From: Candidatus Fervidifonticultor primus
GTDB lineage: Bacteria > Sysuimicrobiota > Sysuimicrobiia > Sysuimicrobiales > Humicultoraceae
Length of the DNA stretch: 64,000 nucleotides
Direction: 5' to 3'
Assembly (NCBI GenBank): GCA_031459855.1
Contig: JAVKHP010000001.1
Coordinates: forward strand, 2,157,384 to 2,221,383
The position numbers and the translations under genes were made by a program. Of the stretch, positions 39,718 to 48,852 are shown in pieces (within the stretch, counting starts at the first letter, position 1; the number at the start of each line of letters is the position of its first letter). Below the pieces are notes generated by a model. That model was not told where the DNA came from. It ran no database searches and saw only the letters and a list, made by a program, of their open reading frames with translations.

Positions 39718-40821
39718 GTGGCGCTGCGCACCGAGGAACTCATGCTCAACATGGGGCCGCAGCACCCCAGCACCCACGGGGTGCTGCGCCTGGTGGTGAC
39801 CCTCGACGGCGAGAACATCGTGGAGGTACAGCCCGACATCGGCTACCTCCACTCGTCGGTCGAGAAGATGATGGAGTACCGCACCTACCTCCAGAACGTG
39901 GCCCTCACCGACCGGGGGATGGACTACCTGAGCGCGCTGGCCAACGAGGAGGCGTTCCTGCTGGCCACAGAGCGCCTGGGCGGCATCGAGGTCCCCCCGC
40001 GGGCGCGCTGGATCCGCACGATCATGCTGGAGTTCCAGCGCCTCGCCAGCCACCTGGTCTGGCTGGGCACGTGGGCCATCGACCTCGGTGCCACCACCGT
40101 CTTCCTCTACTGTTTCCGCGAGCGCGAGCGGATCCTCGACCTGTTCGAACAGGCCACCGGAGGACGGCTCCACCACGTCTACTTCCGTCCGGGCGGCGTC
40201 TACGAGGACCTGCCGGTGGGGTGGACCGACCGGGCGCTGGCGTTCTGCGCCGAGTTCCCTCGCCACCTCCAGGAGTACCACGACCTGCTCACCGGCAACC
40301 CGATCTTCCAGGTCCGCACCCAGGGCGTGGGCGTGCTGCCCACGGAGGCGGCCATCGCCATGGGCGCGTGTGGGCCCGTGGCCCGGGCGTCCGGGGTGGC
40401 CTTCGACGTGCGCAAGGCCTTGCCGTACGAGGCCTACGGCGAGGTCGACTTCGACGTGCCGGTCTTCCCCCAGGGCGACTGCTGGGCGCGCTACCTGGTG
40501 CGCATGGAGGAGATGCGCCAGTCGGTGCGCATCATCGAGCAGGCCATCGCAAAGCTGCCGCCAGGCGAGATCCGCAGCAAGGTGCAGGTGACCGTCAAGC
40601 TCCCGCGGGGCGAGGTTTACGCCCGGACCGAGTCGCCCCGGGGCGACCTGGGCGTCTACCTGGTGAGCAACGGCGACGACACGCCCTACCGTGTGAAGAT
40701 CCGGGCCCCGTCGTTCTCGAACCTGTTCGCCCTGACGGAGATGATGCGGGGCTGGAAGGTGGCCGACGTGATCGCGATTCTCGGCAGCGTGGACATCGTG
40801 CTGTCCGACGTGGACCGGTGA
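39718..40821 (+). CDS. nuoD: NADH-quinone oxidoreductase subunit D homolog
   Basis: NMGPQHPSTHGVLRL, IGYLHSSVEK, C-terminal RAPSFSNL...SVDIVLSDVDR. No NiFe-hydrogenase CxxC pairs. Confidence 0.92.
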   Translation: MALRTEELMLNMGPQHPSTHGVLRLVVTLDGENIVEVQPDIGYLHSSVEKMMEYRTYLQNVALTDRGMDYLSALANEEAFLLATERLGGIEVPPRARWIRTIMLEFQRLASHLVWLGTWAIDLGATTVFLYCFRERERILDLFEQATGGRLHHVYFRPGGVYEDLPVGWTDRALAFCAEFPRHLQEYHDLLTGNPIFQVRTQGVGVLPTEAAIAMGACGPVARASGVAFDVRKALPYEAYGEVDFDVPVFPQGDCWARYLVRMEEMRQSVRIIEQAIAKLPPGEIRSKVQVTVKLPRGEVYARTESPRGDLGVYLVSNGDDTPYRVKIRAPSFSNLFALTEMMRGWKVADVIAILGSVDIVLSDVDR

Positions 40822-40835
40822 CCGGAGGCGCCGCG

Positions 40836-41342
40836 ATGCAGGACGTCCCCCACCGGAACGGCGCATCGTCGCTGGCGGCGCGGGCCTGGCAGGCGATCGA
40901 CGGGCTGCTGACCGGGCTCCGGGTGACGTGGCGGGCGCTGCTGGGGCCCAAGAACACGGTCATGTACCCGGTGCAGAAGGTCAACGTCGCGCCCCGCTGG
41001 CACGGGCTGCTGGCCCTGCCGGTCGATCCCGAGACGGGCAGCGACAAGTGCATCATCTGCTTCCAGTGCGAGCGGGTCTGCCCCGACCGCTGCATCCACA
41101 TCGAGGCCACCGGGCGGGGCAAGGACCGGGTGCTCACGCGCTTCGACATCGAGATGGACAAGTGCTGCTACTGCGGGCTGTGCGTGGAGGTCTGCCCCAC
41201 CGAGGCCATCGTCTTCGTGCCCCACTACGAGACCAGCACCTACAACCGCGCCAACCTGCTCTACACCCTCGACGACCTGCGGCGCGCCGCGCCCAAGGAG
41301 CCGATTGCGCGCGGCGTGGTGCGTCTGGGAGGCCGCCCGTGA
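40836..41342 (+). CDS. nuoI: NADH-quinone oxidoreductase subunit I homolog (2x[4Fe-4S])
   Basis: CIICFQCERVCP and CCYCGLCVEVCP. GGAGG SD upstream. Confidence 0.88.
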   Translation: MQDVPHRNGASSLAARAWQAIDGLLTGLRVTWRALLGPKNTVMYPVQKVNVAPRWHGLLALPVDPETGSDKCIICFQCERVCPDRCIHIEATGRGKDRVLTRFDIEMDKCCYCGLCVEVCPTEAIVFVPHYETSTYNRANLLYTLDDLRRAAPKEPIARGVVRLGGRP

Positions 41343-41956
41343 GCTGGGCGCTGGTCGACGAGCTGCAGCGCCGCTTCCCGGAGGTCGAGCCCTTCCCCCG
41401 GCCGCATCCCCCAGAAGCCGATGCGCACCCCGGGGAGGAGTCCGGGGGAACGGCGGCGCGCCCCGCACCCGCCCGCGGGCACGGCGCAGGGCAGGTGTTC
41501 ACGCACCACGTCCCGGGGGCCTGGGTGCCGGCGGGGCGGCTGGTGGAGGTCGCGCGCACCCTGCGCGACGAGGCGCCGTTCCACCTGGACTACTGCTCCT
41601 TCGTCTCGGCGGTGGACTGGCCGGCAGAGGGCGTCTTCGAGGTGACGTACCACCTGTTCTCCATGGCCCGGCGCCACGAGCTGCTGCTGAAGGTGAAGGT
41701 GCCGCGGGAGCACCCCGTGGTGCCCAGCGTGACCGGCGTCTGGCGTGGCGCCGACTGGCACGAGCGCGAGACCTACGACCTGTTCGGCATCGTCTTCGAG
41801 GGGCACCCCGACCTGCGCCGCATCATGATGACCGACGACTGGGTCGGTCATCCCCTGCGCAAGGACTACGTGTACGAGGATCCCCGGTGGCTGGTGGAGC
41901 TGGCCACCCAGCGCCAGCGCGAGATCGACGGGCTGGGCCTTGGGGAACGGGCCTGA
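41339..41956 (+). CDS. nuoC: NADH-quinone oxidoreductase subunit C homolog
   Basis: GTG at 41339 overlaps the nuoI stop (GTGA), with GGGAGG upstream. GADWHERETYDLFGIVFEGHPDLRRI is the NuoC signature region. Confidence 0.88.
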   Translation: MSWALVDELQRRFPEVEPFPRPHPPEADAHPGEESGGTAARPAPARGHGAGQVFTHHVPGAWVPAGRLVEVARTLRDEAPFHLDYCSFVSAVDWPAEGVFEVTYHLFSMARRHELLLKVKVPREHPVVPSVTGVWRGADWHERETYDLFGIVFEGHPDLRRIMMTDDWVGHPLRKDYVYEDPRWLVELATQRQREIDGLGLGERA

Positions 41957-41982
41957 CCGACCTCGTGCGCGGTGGTCGCGGC

Positions 41983-42019
41983 GCCCCGGCGGTCGGCCGG
42001 GGCGTCCGCGTCTGCGGAC
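41983..42019 (+). other. two adjacent GC hairpins between nuoC and the Mo-enzyme gene
   Basis: GCCCCGG-n7-CCGGGGC (41983-42003) and GTCCGC-gtct-GCGGAC (42004-42019). No U-tract. Confidence 0.4.
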
Positions 42020-42074
42020 GGGTGGGTGGTCGTTGCGCCGGACCGCCGGGAGGACCCGCGTGGAGGTGGCGCGG

Positions 42075-43643
42075 ATGCGACAGCCAGGCCGGACGTGGGG
42101 GGCGCTGGCCGGAGCAGGAGCTGGTGTGGTCCTGGTCTGGGCGCTGGTCGCGGGCTGGGGGACCGGCGGGGTGCCGGTGCTCGCGGGCGCGTTGTGGGAG
42201 CGTGCCCTGCGGCTGGTGCCCATGGAGGTCTTCGGGTTCCTCGTCGTCCGGTTCAAGTTCGCCGCGAAACCGGCGGGGTTTTGGGCCCTGATGCTGGGCG
42301 TGGTGGCGGCGGCCGCCGTAGCGGGCAGCGTGTGGGCCCGCAGACCCCGACCGGCGCTGGTCACGCTGGCGACCGCGTTCGCGGTGGTAGGCGCCGCGCT
42401 CGGCGTGGTGGTCTGGCGACCGGCGACGAGCCTGCTCGCGGCGCGGCTGGCCGCCGAAGGCGTGGCGGCGCCCGAGACCGCCGCGGTGCGCACCGTTGCC
42501 ACGGCGCTGGTGGCGCTGGCCGTGCTGACGGCGGCGGTGTTTGGGGGGCTGCTGGCCGCGCTGTGGCGTCGGCCGGGCGCAGCCGTGCTGCACCTGCCGG
42601 CTGGCAGCGCGGTGAGCCGGCGGCGGTTCCTGACCCGCTCCCTCACGCTGGTCGCCGCGCTAGGCGGGGCCGCTGCGGCGGCCCACTGGCTGGCTGCGCG
42701 GGCCGCGCATGCCGCCGCCGTGGCCGCAACGCTCTTTCAGCGCATCAGGGGCCTGCCGCCCGAGGTGACACCCACGGAGAAGTTCTACGTGGTCAGCAAG
42801 AACCCGCCGGGACTCGACCCGAAGCTCGACGCCTCGCGCTGGCGCCTGGAGATCACCGGGCTGGTGGCCAAGCCCGTCGTGCTCACCTACGAGCAGCTGC
42901 GCGCGCTCCCTGCGGTCGAGCGGTACCACACGCTGGAGTGCATCAGCAACGAGGTGGGTGGCGACCTGATCGGCAACGCCCGGTGGAAGGGCGTGCGCTT
43001 CCGCGACCTCATCGCGCTGGCGGGTGGGGTGAGCCCCACGGCGGTGCGCTTCGCGCTCCGGTGCGCTGACGGGTACACCGAAGGCCTCGGGACTGCCGAG
43101 GCGCTGCACCCCGACACGATGCTGGCCTACGAGATGAACGGCGCGCCGCTGCCCCCTGCCCACGGCTTTCCGGCGCGGCTGCTGGTGCCGGGGCTGTTCG
43201 GGATGAAGAACCCCAAGTGGCTGACGAAGATCGAGGCCGTCGCCACCCACTTCACCGGGTACTGGCAGGCGTCGGGGTGGAGCGACGAGGCCGTGGTCAA
43301 GACCACGTCGATGTTCCGCGTGCCCTCAGGGCGCAGCGTGGGCCGGGCGCCCGACGGCGCCGTCGAGCTCGGGGGCATCGCCTACGCGGGCGATCGCGGC
43401 ATCGCCGAGGTGGAGGTCAGCACCGACGACGGCAAGACCTGGACGAAGGCCGCGGTCAAGCCGCCGCTGGGCAAGTACACCTGGGTGCTGTGGGCCGCGC
43501 TGTGGACGCCGACCGGCCCCGGCACCTACGTCCTCAAGGTCCGGGCGCGCGACGGCACCGGCGTGCTGCAGACGGCCCAGGAGGCTCCCACGCTGCCCGA
43601 CGGGGCCAGCGGCTACCACACGATCCGAATCCGGCTGCGCTGA
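42075..43643 (+). CDS. membrane-anchored sulfite-oxidase-family molybdopterin oxidoreductase
   Basis: N-terminal ~230 aa with about 6 hydrophobic helices. C-terminal Oxidored_molyb-like core (YHTLECISNEVGG; GFPARLLVPGLFGMKNPKWL) plus an Ig-like dimerisation domain. The start may be GTG 42060 or ATG 42075; both follow SD-like boxes. Confidence 0.85.
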   Translation: MRQPGRTWGALAGAGAGVVLVWALVAGWGTGGVPVLAGALWERALRLVPMEVFGFLVVRFKFAAKPAGFWALMLGVVAAAAVAGSVWARRPRPALVTLATAFAVVGAALGVVVWRPATSLLAARLAAEGVAAPETAAVRTVATALVALAVLTAAVFGGLLAALWRRPGAAVLHLPAGSAVSRRRFLTRSLTLVAALGGAAAAAHWLAARAAHAAAVAATLFQRIRGLPPEVTPTEKFYVVSKNPPGLDPKLDASRWRLEITGLVAKPVVLTYEQLRALPAVERYHTLECISNEVGGDLIGNARWKGVRFRDLIALAGGVSPTAVRFALRCADGYTEGLGTAEALHPDTMLAYEMNGAPLPPAHGFPARLLVPGLFGMKNPKWLTKIEAVATHFTGYWQASGWSDEAVVKTTSMFRVPSGRSVGRAPDGAVELGGIAYAGDRGIAEVEVSTDDGKTWTKAAVKPPLGKYTWVLWAALWTPTGPGTYVLKVRARDGTGVLQTAQEAPTLPDGASGYHTIRIRLR

Positions 43644-43809
43644 CGGGTGCTGCTCCTGGCCAGCGACCTGCCGTCGCGATGAGCAGGAGCGCCGCACGCA
43701 CCGCGCGAACCTCTTCGGGGCTGGATGCCCCCGCGCGGGTCTCCTGTCCCGCACCGGATCCATCCTCGGGTGCCCCAAGACCGCACCTGCGCGTCCCTGG
43801 GAGGGCGGC

Positions 43810-45207
43810 GTGGCGAACTCCTACGACCTGGTGATCATCGGCGGCGGCCCCGCGGGCTACGTGGGGGCCGTGCGCGCGGCGCAGCTTGGGCTGCGCACCG
43901 CCCTGGTCGAGCGCGACAAGCTCGGCGGCATCTGCACGCACTGGGGCTGTATCCCCACCAAGGTCCTGCTGCACACCGCCGAGCTCGTCGAGCGCCTGCG
44001 CGCCGCGCAGGCGCTGGGGCTGGAGGGTGGCCCGCTGACCGTGAACTACGCGCGGCTGCAGCAGCGCAAGGCCGAGGTGGTCGAGCGGCTCCACCGCGGC
44101 GTGCAGTACCTGATGCGCAAACACCAGATCGACGTCTTCTACGGCACCGGGCGCTTCGAGCGGGCCGACCGGGTGGCAGTAGCCCTCAACGACGGCTCGG
44201 AGACCGTACTCGAGGCCGCCCATGTCCTGGTGGCCACGGGCTCGACGGCCCGCAGCGTGCCCGGCATCGCCATCGACAACAAACGCATCCTGGACAGCAG
44301 CGGCGCGCTGATGCTGGAGGCCCCGCCGCGGGCCATCGTGATCCTGGGTGCCGGTGCCGTGGGCGTGGAGTTCGCCAGCCTGTTCGCGGCCCTGGGCAGT
44401 GCGGTCACCCTGGTGGAGCTGCTGCCGACGCTGCTGCCGCTGGAGGACGAGGAGATCGGCAAGGGGCTGGAGCGCGTCTTCACCCGCAAGGGGATCACGG
44501 TGCACACGGGCACCACGGCCACGCGGGCCACGCTGCGGGACGACCGCGTGGTCGTCACCCTGGCCCGCGGGGACCAGACGGAGGAGGTCGAGGCGGACTA
44601 CCTGCTGGTGGCGGTGGGACGTGCGCCGCTGCTGGACGGCCTGCAGCTGGAGGCCGTCGGCGTGGCGGTCGAGCGCGGCGCGATCGCCGTGGACGACGAG
44701 TTCCGCACCTCGGTGCCGACGATCTACGCCGTGGGCGACTGTATCGGCCGGCCCTACCGCCTGGCCCACGTCGCCTCCGACGAGGCCATCCACGCCGTCG
44801 AGGCAATCGCGGGGGTCGCGCACGCCCCCGTCAACTACCAGGCGGTGCCGCGGCCCACGTTCTCCATCCCCCAGGTGGCGACCGTTGGGCTCTCGGAGCG
44901 GCAGGCCCGCGAGGCCGGCTACGACGTCAGGGTGGGGCGCTTCGCCTTCCAGGCCAACAGCAAGGCGGTCATCGAGGGCGAGCGCGACGGGTTCGTCAAG
45001 GTCGTGACCGACGGCCGGACCGGCGAGATCCTGGGCATCCACATGCTGGGGCCGGCGGTGACAGAACTGCTGGCGGAAGGCGTCGCCGTCAAGTATCTTG
45101 AAGGTACAGCCGTGGAGCTGGCCGGGGCGGTGCACGCGCACCCCACGCTGGCGGAGGCGCTCCGGGAGGCCGCGCTGGACGCGCTGGGCCGGGTGCTGCA
45201 CGCCTGA
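43810..45207 (+). CDS. lpdA: dihydrolipoyl dehydrogenase (E3)
   Basis: DLVIIGGGPAGY, redox disulfide GGICTHWGCIPTK, C-terminal HAHPTLAE. Confidence 0.93.
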   Translation: MANSYDLVIIGGGPAGYVGAVRAAQLGLRTALVERDKLGGICTHWGCIPTKVLLHTAELVERLRAAQALGLEGGPLTVNYARLQQRKAEVVERLHRGVQYLMRKHQIDVFYGTGRFERADRVAVALNDGSETVLEAAHVLVATGSTARSVPGIAIDNKRILDSSGALMLEAPPRAIVILGAGAVGVEFASLFAALGSAVTLVELLPTLLPLEDEEIGKGLERVFTRKGITVHTGTTATRATLRDDRVVVTLARGDQTEEVEADYLLVAVGRAPLLDGLQLEAVGVAVERGAIAVDDEFRTSVPTIYAVGDCIGRPYRLAHVASDEAIHAVEAIAGVAHAPVNYQAVPRPTFSIPQVATVGLSERQAREAGYDVRVGRFAFQANSKAVIEGERDGFVKVVTDGRTGEILGIHMLGPAVTELLAEGVAVKYLEGTAVELAGAVHAHPTLAEALREAALDALGRVLHA

Positions 45208-45288
45208 CCCCGGTCACCCCCGCCGGGCGCACAACGCCCGGCCGGGTGCAGGGAACCGACTCTGCACACACCTCGAGGGGGCGAGGAG

Positions 45289-46311
45289 ATGGTCGACCGA
45301 GACCGTCAGACCGCGACCGTGCAGGCCCGGCACGTGACGCTGGGCCTCTCCGACGACGACGTGCTCCGCATGTACCACACCCTGGCGCTGGCCCGCGCCC
45401 TCGACGAACGGATGTGGGTGCTGCAGCGCGCCGGCCTGGTGCCGTTCGTGATCTCCGGCCAGGGGCACGAGGGCGCCCAGGTGGGCGTGATGTGGGCCAC
45501 CGATCGCGCCCGCGACTGGCTGGTGCCGTTCTACCGCTCGCTGGCCGCGTGCCTGGCCAAGGGGATGTCGGCGCGGGACCTGATGCTGGGGCTCTTCGCG
45601 CGGGCGGAGGACCCCAGCAGCGGCGGCCGGCAGATGCCCGCGCACTGGGCCCACCCGCGCCTCAAGATCCTCTCGACCAGCAGCCCGGTGGGCACGCAGT
45701 ACCTGCACGCGGTGGGCATCGCCTACGCGGCCAAGCTGCGCAAGACCGGCGAGGTCTGCGTCACGTCCGTGGGCGAGGGCGGCACCAGCCAGGGCGACTG
45801 GCACGAGGCGATGAACTTCGCGGGCATCCACAAGCTCCCCGTGGTCTTCATGGTCGAGAACAACCGGTACGCCATCTCGGTCCCCCAGCGGCTGCAGATG
45901 GCGGTCGACGACGTGGCGGTGCGGGCCGCGGGCTACGGGTTCCCTGGCGTCGTCGTCGACGGGTCCGACGTGCTGGCGTGCTACGAGGCGGGCCGCGAGG
46001 CGGTGCGCCGGGCCCGGGCCGGCGAGGGCCCCACCTTGATCGAGGCCAAGGTCGAGCGGCTGACCGCGCACTCCTCCGAGGACCGGCAGGAGAAGTACCG
46101 GCCGACCGCTGACGTCGAGGCTGCTCGCAGCCGAGATCCCCTGGTGGTGTTCAAGCACTACCTGGAGCAGGTGGGCCTGCTGGACGAGCGCCGCTACACG
46201 GAGATCCACGCGCAGATCCGCGCCGAGGTCGATGATGCCACCGCGTACGCGGAACGGGCGCCGTGGCCCGATCCCGCGACCGTGACCCGGCACGTGTACT
46301 ACGAGGGGTAG
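45289..46311 (+). CDS. bkdAA: branched-chain 2-oxoacid dehydrogenase E1 alpha
   Basis: ALARALDERMWVLQRAG, SGQGHEGAQVG, VGEGGTSQGDWHEAMNFA...NN. Confidence 0.9.
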   Translation: MVDRDRQTATVQARHVTLGLSDDDVLRMYHTLALARALDERMWVLQRAGLVPFVISGQGHEGAQVGVMWATDRARDWLVPFYRSLAACLAKGMSARDLMLGLFARAEDPSSGGRQMPAHWAHPRLKILSTSSPVGTQYLHAVGIAYAAKLRKTGEVCVTSVGEGGTSQGDWHEAMNFAGIHKLPVVFMVENNRYAISVPQRLQMAVDDVAVRAAGYGFPGVVVDGSDVLACYEAGREAVRRARAGEGPTLIEAKVERLTAHSSEDRQEKYRPTADVEAARSRDPLVVFKHYLEQVGLLDERRYTEIHAQIRAEVDDATAYAERAPWPDPATVTRHVYYEG

Positions 46312-46411
46312 GCGCGTGACCGTGCTGCGGTCGGTGGCTGGGACGAGGCGGGGGCCTCATCGCGCGGGGGCTCCCGCCGGGGCGCCGTAGGCCGTAGGGG
46401 GAGGGCGCACG

Positions 46412-47401
46412 ATGCCGGAACTGCGGCTGCTGGATGCGATCCGCCAGGCCATGTACGAGGAGATGAAGCGCGACGAGCGCGTCGTCGTGCTGGGCGAGGA
46501 CGTGGGGCCCAAGGGCGGGGTGTTTGGCGCCACTGACGGCTTCTGGGCCGAATTCGGGGAGGCGCGGGTCCTGGACACGCCGCTGGCCGAGTCGACCATC
46601 GTGGGCGCGGCGATCGGCATGGCCGCCAACGGGCTGATTCCCATCGCCGAGATCCAGTTCTCCGACTTCATCTTCCCTGCAACCAACCAGATCGTGAGCG
46701 AGGCGGCGCGGATGCGTTACCGCAGCAACGGGGCGTTCGGGTGCCCCATCGTCATCCGCGCGCCCTACGGCGGCGGGGTCGAGGTGCACGGCGGACTGTA
46801 CCACTCCCAGAGCATCGAGGCGTTCTTCGCCCACGTCCCCGGGCTCAAGGTGGTGGCGCCGTCGGTGCCCTACGACGCCAAGGGCCTGCTGAAGGCCGCG
46901 ATCCGCGATCCCGACCCCGTGCTCTACCTGGAGCACAAGCGGCTCTACCGGGCGGTCCGCGGCGAGGTGCCCGAGGACGACTACGTGGTGCCCATCGGGC
47001 CGGCCGTGGTACGCCGTCCGGGCACGACGCTGTCGCTGTTCGCCTACGGTCAGATGCTGCACGAGGCCCTGGCCGTGGCCGCAGAGATGGCCGGGGAGGG
47101 GATCGACGTCGAGGTGGTCGACCTGCAGACGCTGCGACCGCTGGACGTGGAGACGATCCTGGCCTCGGTCCGCAAGACCAACAAGGCCCTGATCGTTTAC
47201 GAGGACAACCGGTTCCTGGGGTTTGGGGCCGAGGTGGCGGCGATCATCGCCGAGGAGGCGTTCGACGCGCTCGACGGACCGGTGATGCGCGTGGCCGGGC
47301 TCGACGTGCCGGCGGTGCCCTACGCCGATCCGTTGGCCGCGGCGTTCATGCCGTCGCGGGCCAAGATCGCCGACGCCGTGCGGCGCCTGGCCACGTACTG
47401 A
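46412..47401 (+). CDS. bkdAB: branched-chain 2-oxoacid dehydrogenase E1 beta
   Basis: VLGEDVGPKGGVFGAT...[31 protein letters not shown] upstream. Confidence 0.93.
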   Translation: MPELRLLDAIRQAMYEEMKRDERVVVLGEDVGPKGGVFGATDGFWAEFGEARVLDTPLAESTIVGAAIGMAANGLIPIAEIQFSDFIFPATNQIVSEAARMRYRSNGAFGCPIVIRAPYGGGVEVHGGLYHSQSIEAFFAHVPGLKVVAPSVPYDAKGLLKAAIRDPDPVLYLEHKRLYRAVRGEVPEDDYVVPIGPAVVRRPGTTLSLFAYGQMLHEALAVAAEMAGEGIDVEVVDLQTLRPLDVETILASVRKTNKALIVYEDNRFLGFGAEVAAIIAEEAFDALDGPVMRVAGLDVPAVPYADPLAAAFMPSRAKIADAVRRLATY

Positions 47402-47412
47402 GGGGCGTGCCG

Positions 47413-48852
47413 ATGCCGGTCGAGATCAAGCTGCCGCAGCTGGGCGAGAGCATCCACGAGGGCACCATCGCGCGGTGGCTCAAGCAGCCCGGCGACCGCG
47501 TCGAGAAGTACGAGCCGTTGGTGGAGATCACCACCGACAAGGTCAACGTGGAGATGCCCTCGCCCGTGGCGGGGGTGCTGGTGGCGCTGCTGGTCCCGGA
47601 GGGCGAGACGCGGCCGGTGGGCGCGCCGATCGCGCTGGTGGAGCTGGAGGGGGCCGCAGCCGAGGGCGCGCCGCGCGGCCCACAGCAGCCCGGCGAGGCC
47701 GCGGACGTCACGGTGGCCGCCACCATCGCCGCTGCGGCGCCAGCTGCAGCCCCGACGGCGCCGGCGCTGTCGGCCGAGATGCCGCGCGAGCGCGGCGCCG
47801 CCCGTCTGTCCCCGCTGGTCCAGCGCCTGGCCCGCGAGCATGGCATTCCCCTGAGCGTGCTGGAAACCCTGCCCGGCTCCGGCGCCGGCGGTCGGGTCAC
47901 CAAGGACGACGTCCTGCGCTACGTAGCGCAGCGGGCCGCAAGCGGCGCGGCACCACCCGGAGTCGGTCCTGCGCCTGCAGCGCCGCCGGGTCCGGTAGCC
48001 CCGGAGGTCCTTGCAGCGCCGCCGGCCTTCATACCATCGCCACCCTCGCCGGCCGCTGCGGCGCCGCCAGGTCCTGCCGGAGCGCCTGCCCCTGCAGCCC
48101 CGACGTCCCCACCAGCGCCGTCGGCGCCCGCGCCAGGTGCTGCGGCCGGCGTCGGGCCCGCCGCTCCCCAGGACCGCTTGCTCAAGCTCACGCCGATCCG
48201 CCGGACCATCGCCCAGCGCATGGCCCAGAGCAAGCGCGAGATCCCGCACGCCTACGGCGTGATCGAGGTGGACATGAGCGCCGTGGTGGCGTGGCGCGAG
48301 GCCCACAAGGACGCCTGGCGGCGCGAGGGGATCCCGCTGACCTACACGGCCTTCTTCATCAAGGCCGCCACCGACGCCCTGCGCGCCCATCCGGTGGTGA
48401 ACGCCACCTGGACCGAGGACGGCATCCTGCTGCGCGGGGCGATCAACATCGGGGTGGGCATCGCCGTGGAGGACGGGCTCGTGGTGCCGGTGCTGCATGG
48501 GGCCGACCGCCTCAGCCTGCGGGGCATCGCCGCCGCCCTCGACGACCTGACCCGGCGGGCGCGCGCGGGCCAGCTCACGCTGGACGACATCCAGGGCGGC
48601 ACGTTCACCATCACCAACCCCGGGGTCTTCGGCTCGATCTGGTCGATGCCGATCATCGTCCCGGGCCAGGCGGCGATCCTGGCCACCGATGCCATCGTCA
48701 AACGGCCGGTGGTGCGGGACGACGCCATCGCCATCCGCCCCATCATGCACCTGGGGCTCGCGTTCGACCACCGCGTCTTCGACGGCGCGGTGTGCATGCA
48801 GTTCCTCCAGTACCTGAAGACCTGGCTGGAGGGGTTCCGCGATGCCGGTTGA
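47413..48852 (+). CDS. bkdB: branched-chain 2-oxoacid dehydrogenase E2 (lipoamide acyltransferase)
   Basis: Lipoyl domain IKLPQLGESIHEGTIARWL...ITTDKVNVE, a long Ala/Pro linker, and catalytic DHRVFDGA. Confidence 0.9.
   Translation: MPVEIKLPQLGESIHEGTIARWLKQPGDRVEKYEPLVEITTDKVNVEMPSPVAGVLVALLVPEGETRPVGAPIALVELEGAAAEGAPRGPQQPGEAADVTVAATIAAAAPAAAPTAPALSAEMPRERGAARLSPLVQRLAREHGIPLSVLETLPGSGAGGRVTKDDVLRYVAQRAASGAAPPGVGPAPAAPPGPVAPEVLAAPPAFIPSPPSPAAAAPPGPAGAPAPAAPTSPPAPSAPAPGAAAGVGPAAPQDRLLKLTPIRRTIAQRMAQSKREIPHAYGVIEVDMSAVVAWREAHKDAWRREGIPLTYTAFFIKAATDALRAHPVVNATWTEDGILLRGAINIGVGIAVEDGLVVPVLHGADRLSLRGIAAALDDLTRRARAGQLTLDDIQGGTFTITNPGVFGSIWSMPIIVPGQAAILATDAIVKRPVVRDDAIAIRPIMHLGLAFDHRVFDGAVCMQFLQYLKTWLEGFRDAG

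Noticed and set aside
39141-41956. The possibility that the NuoB/D/I/C cluster is a group-4 (energy-converting) NiFe hydrogenase core.
   Set aside because: The NuoD homolog has HPSTHG instead of the N-terminal RxCGxCxxxH motif, and ends in DIVLSDVDR instead of DPCxxCxxH. No hyp maturation genes or membrane subunits are present in the window.
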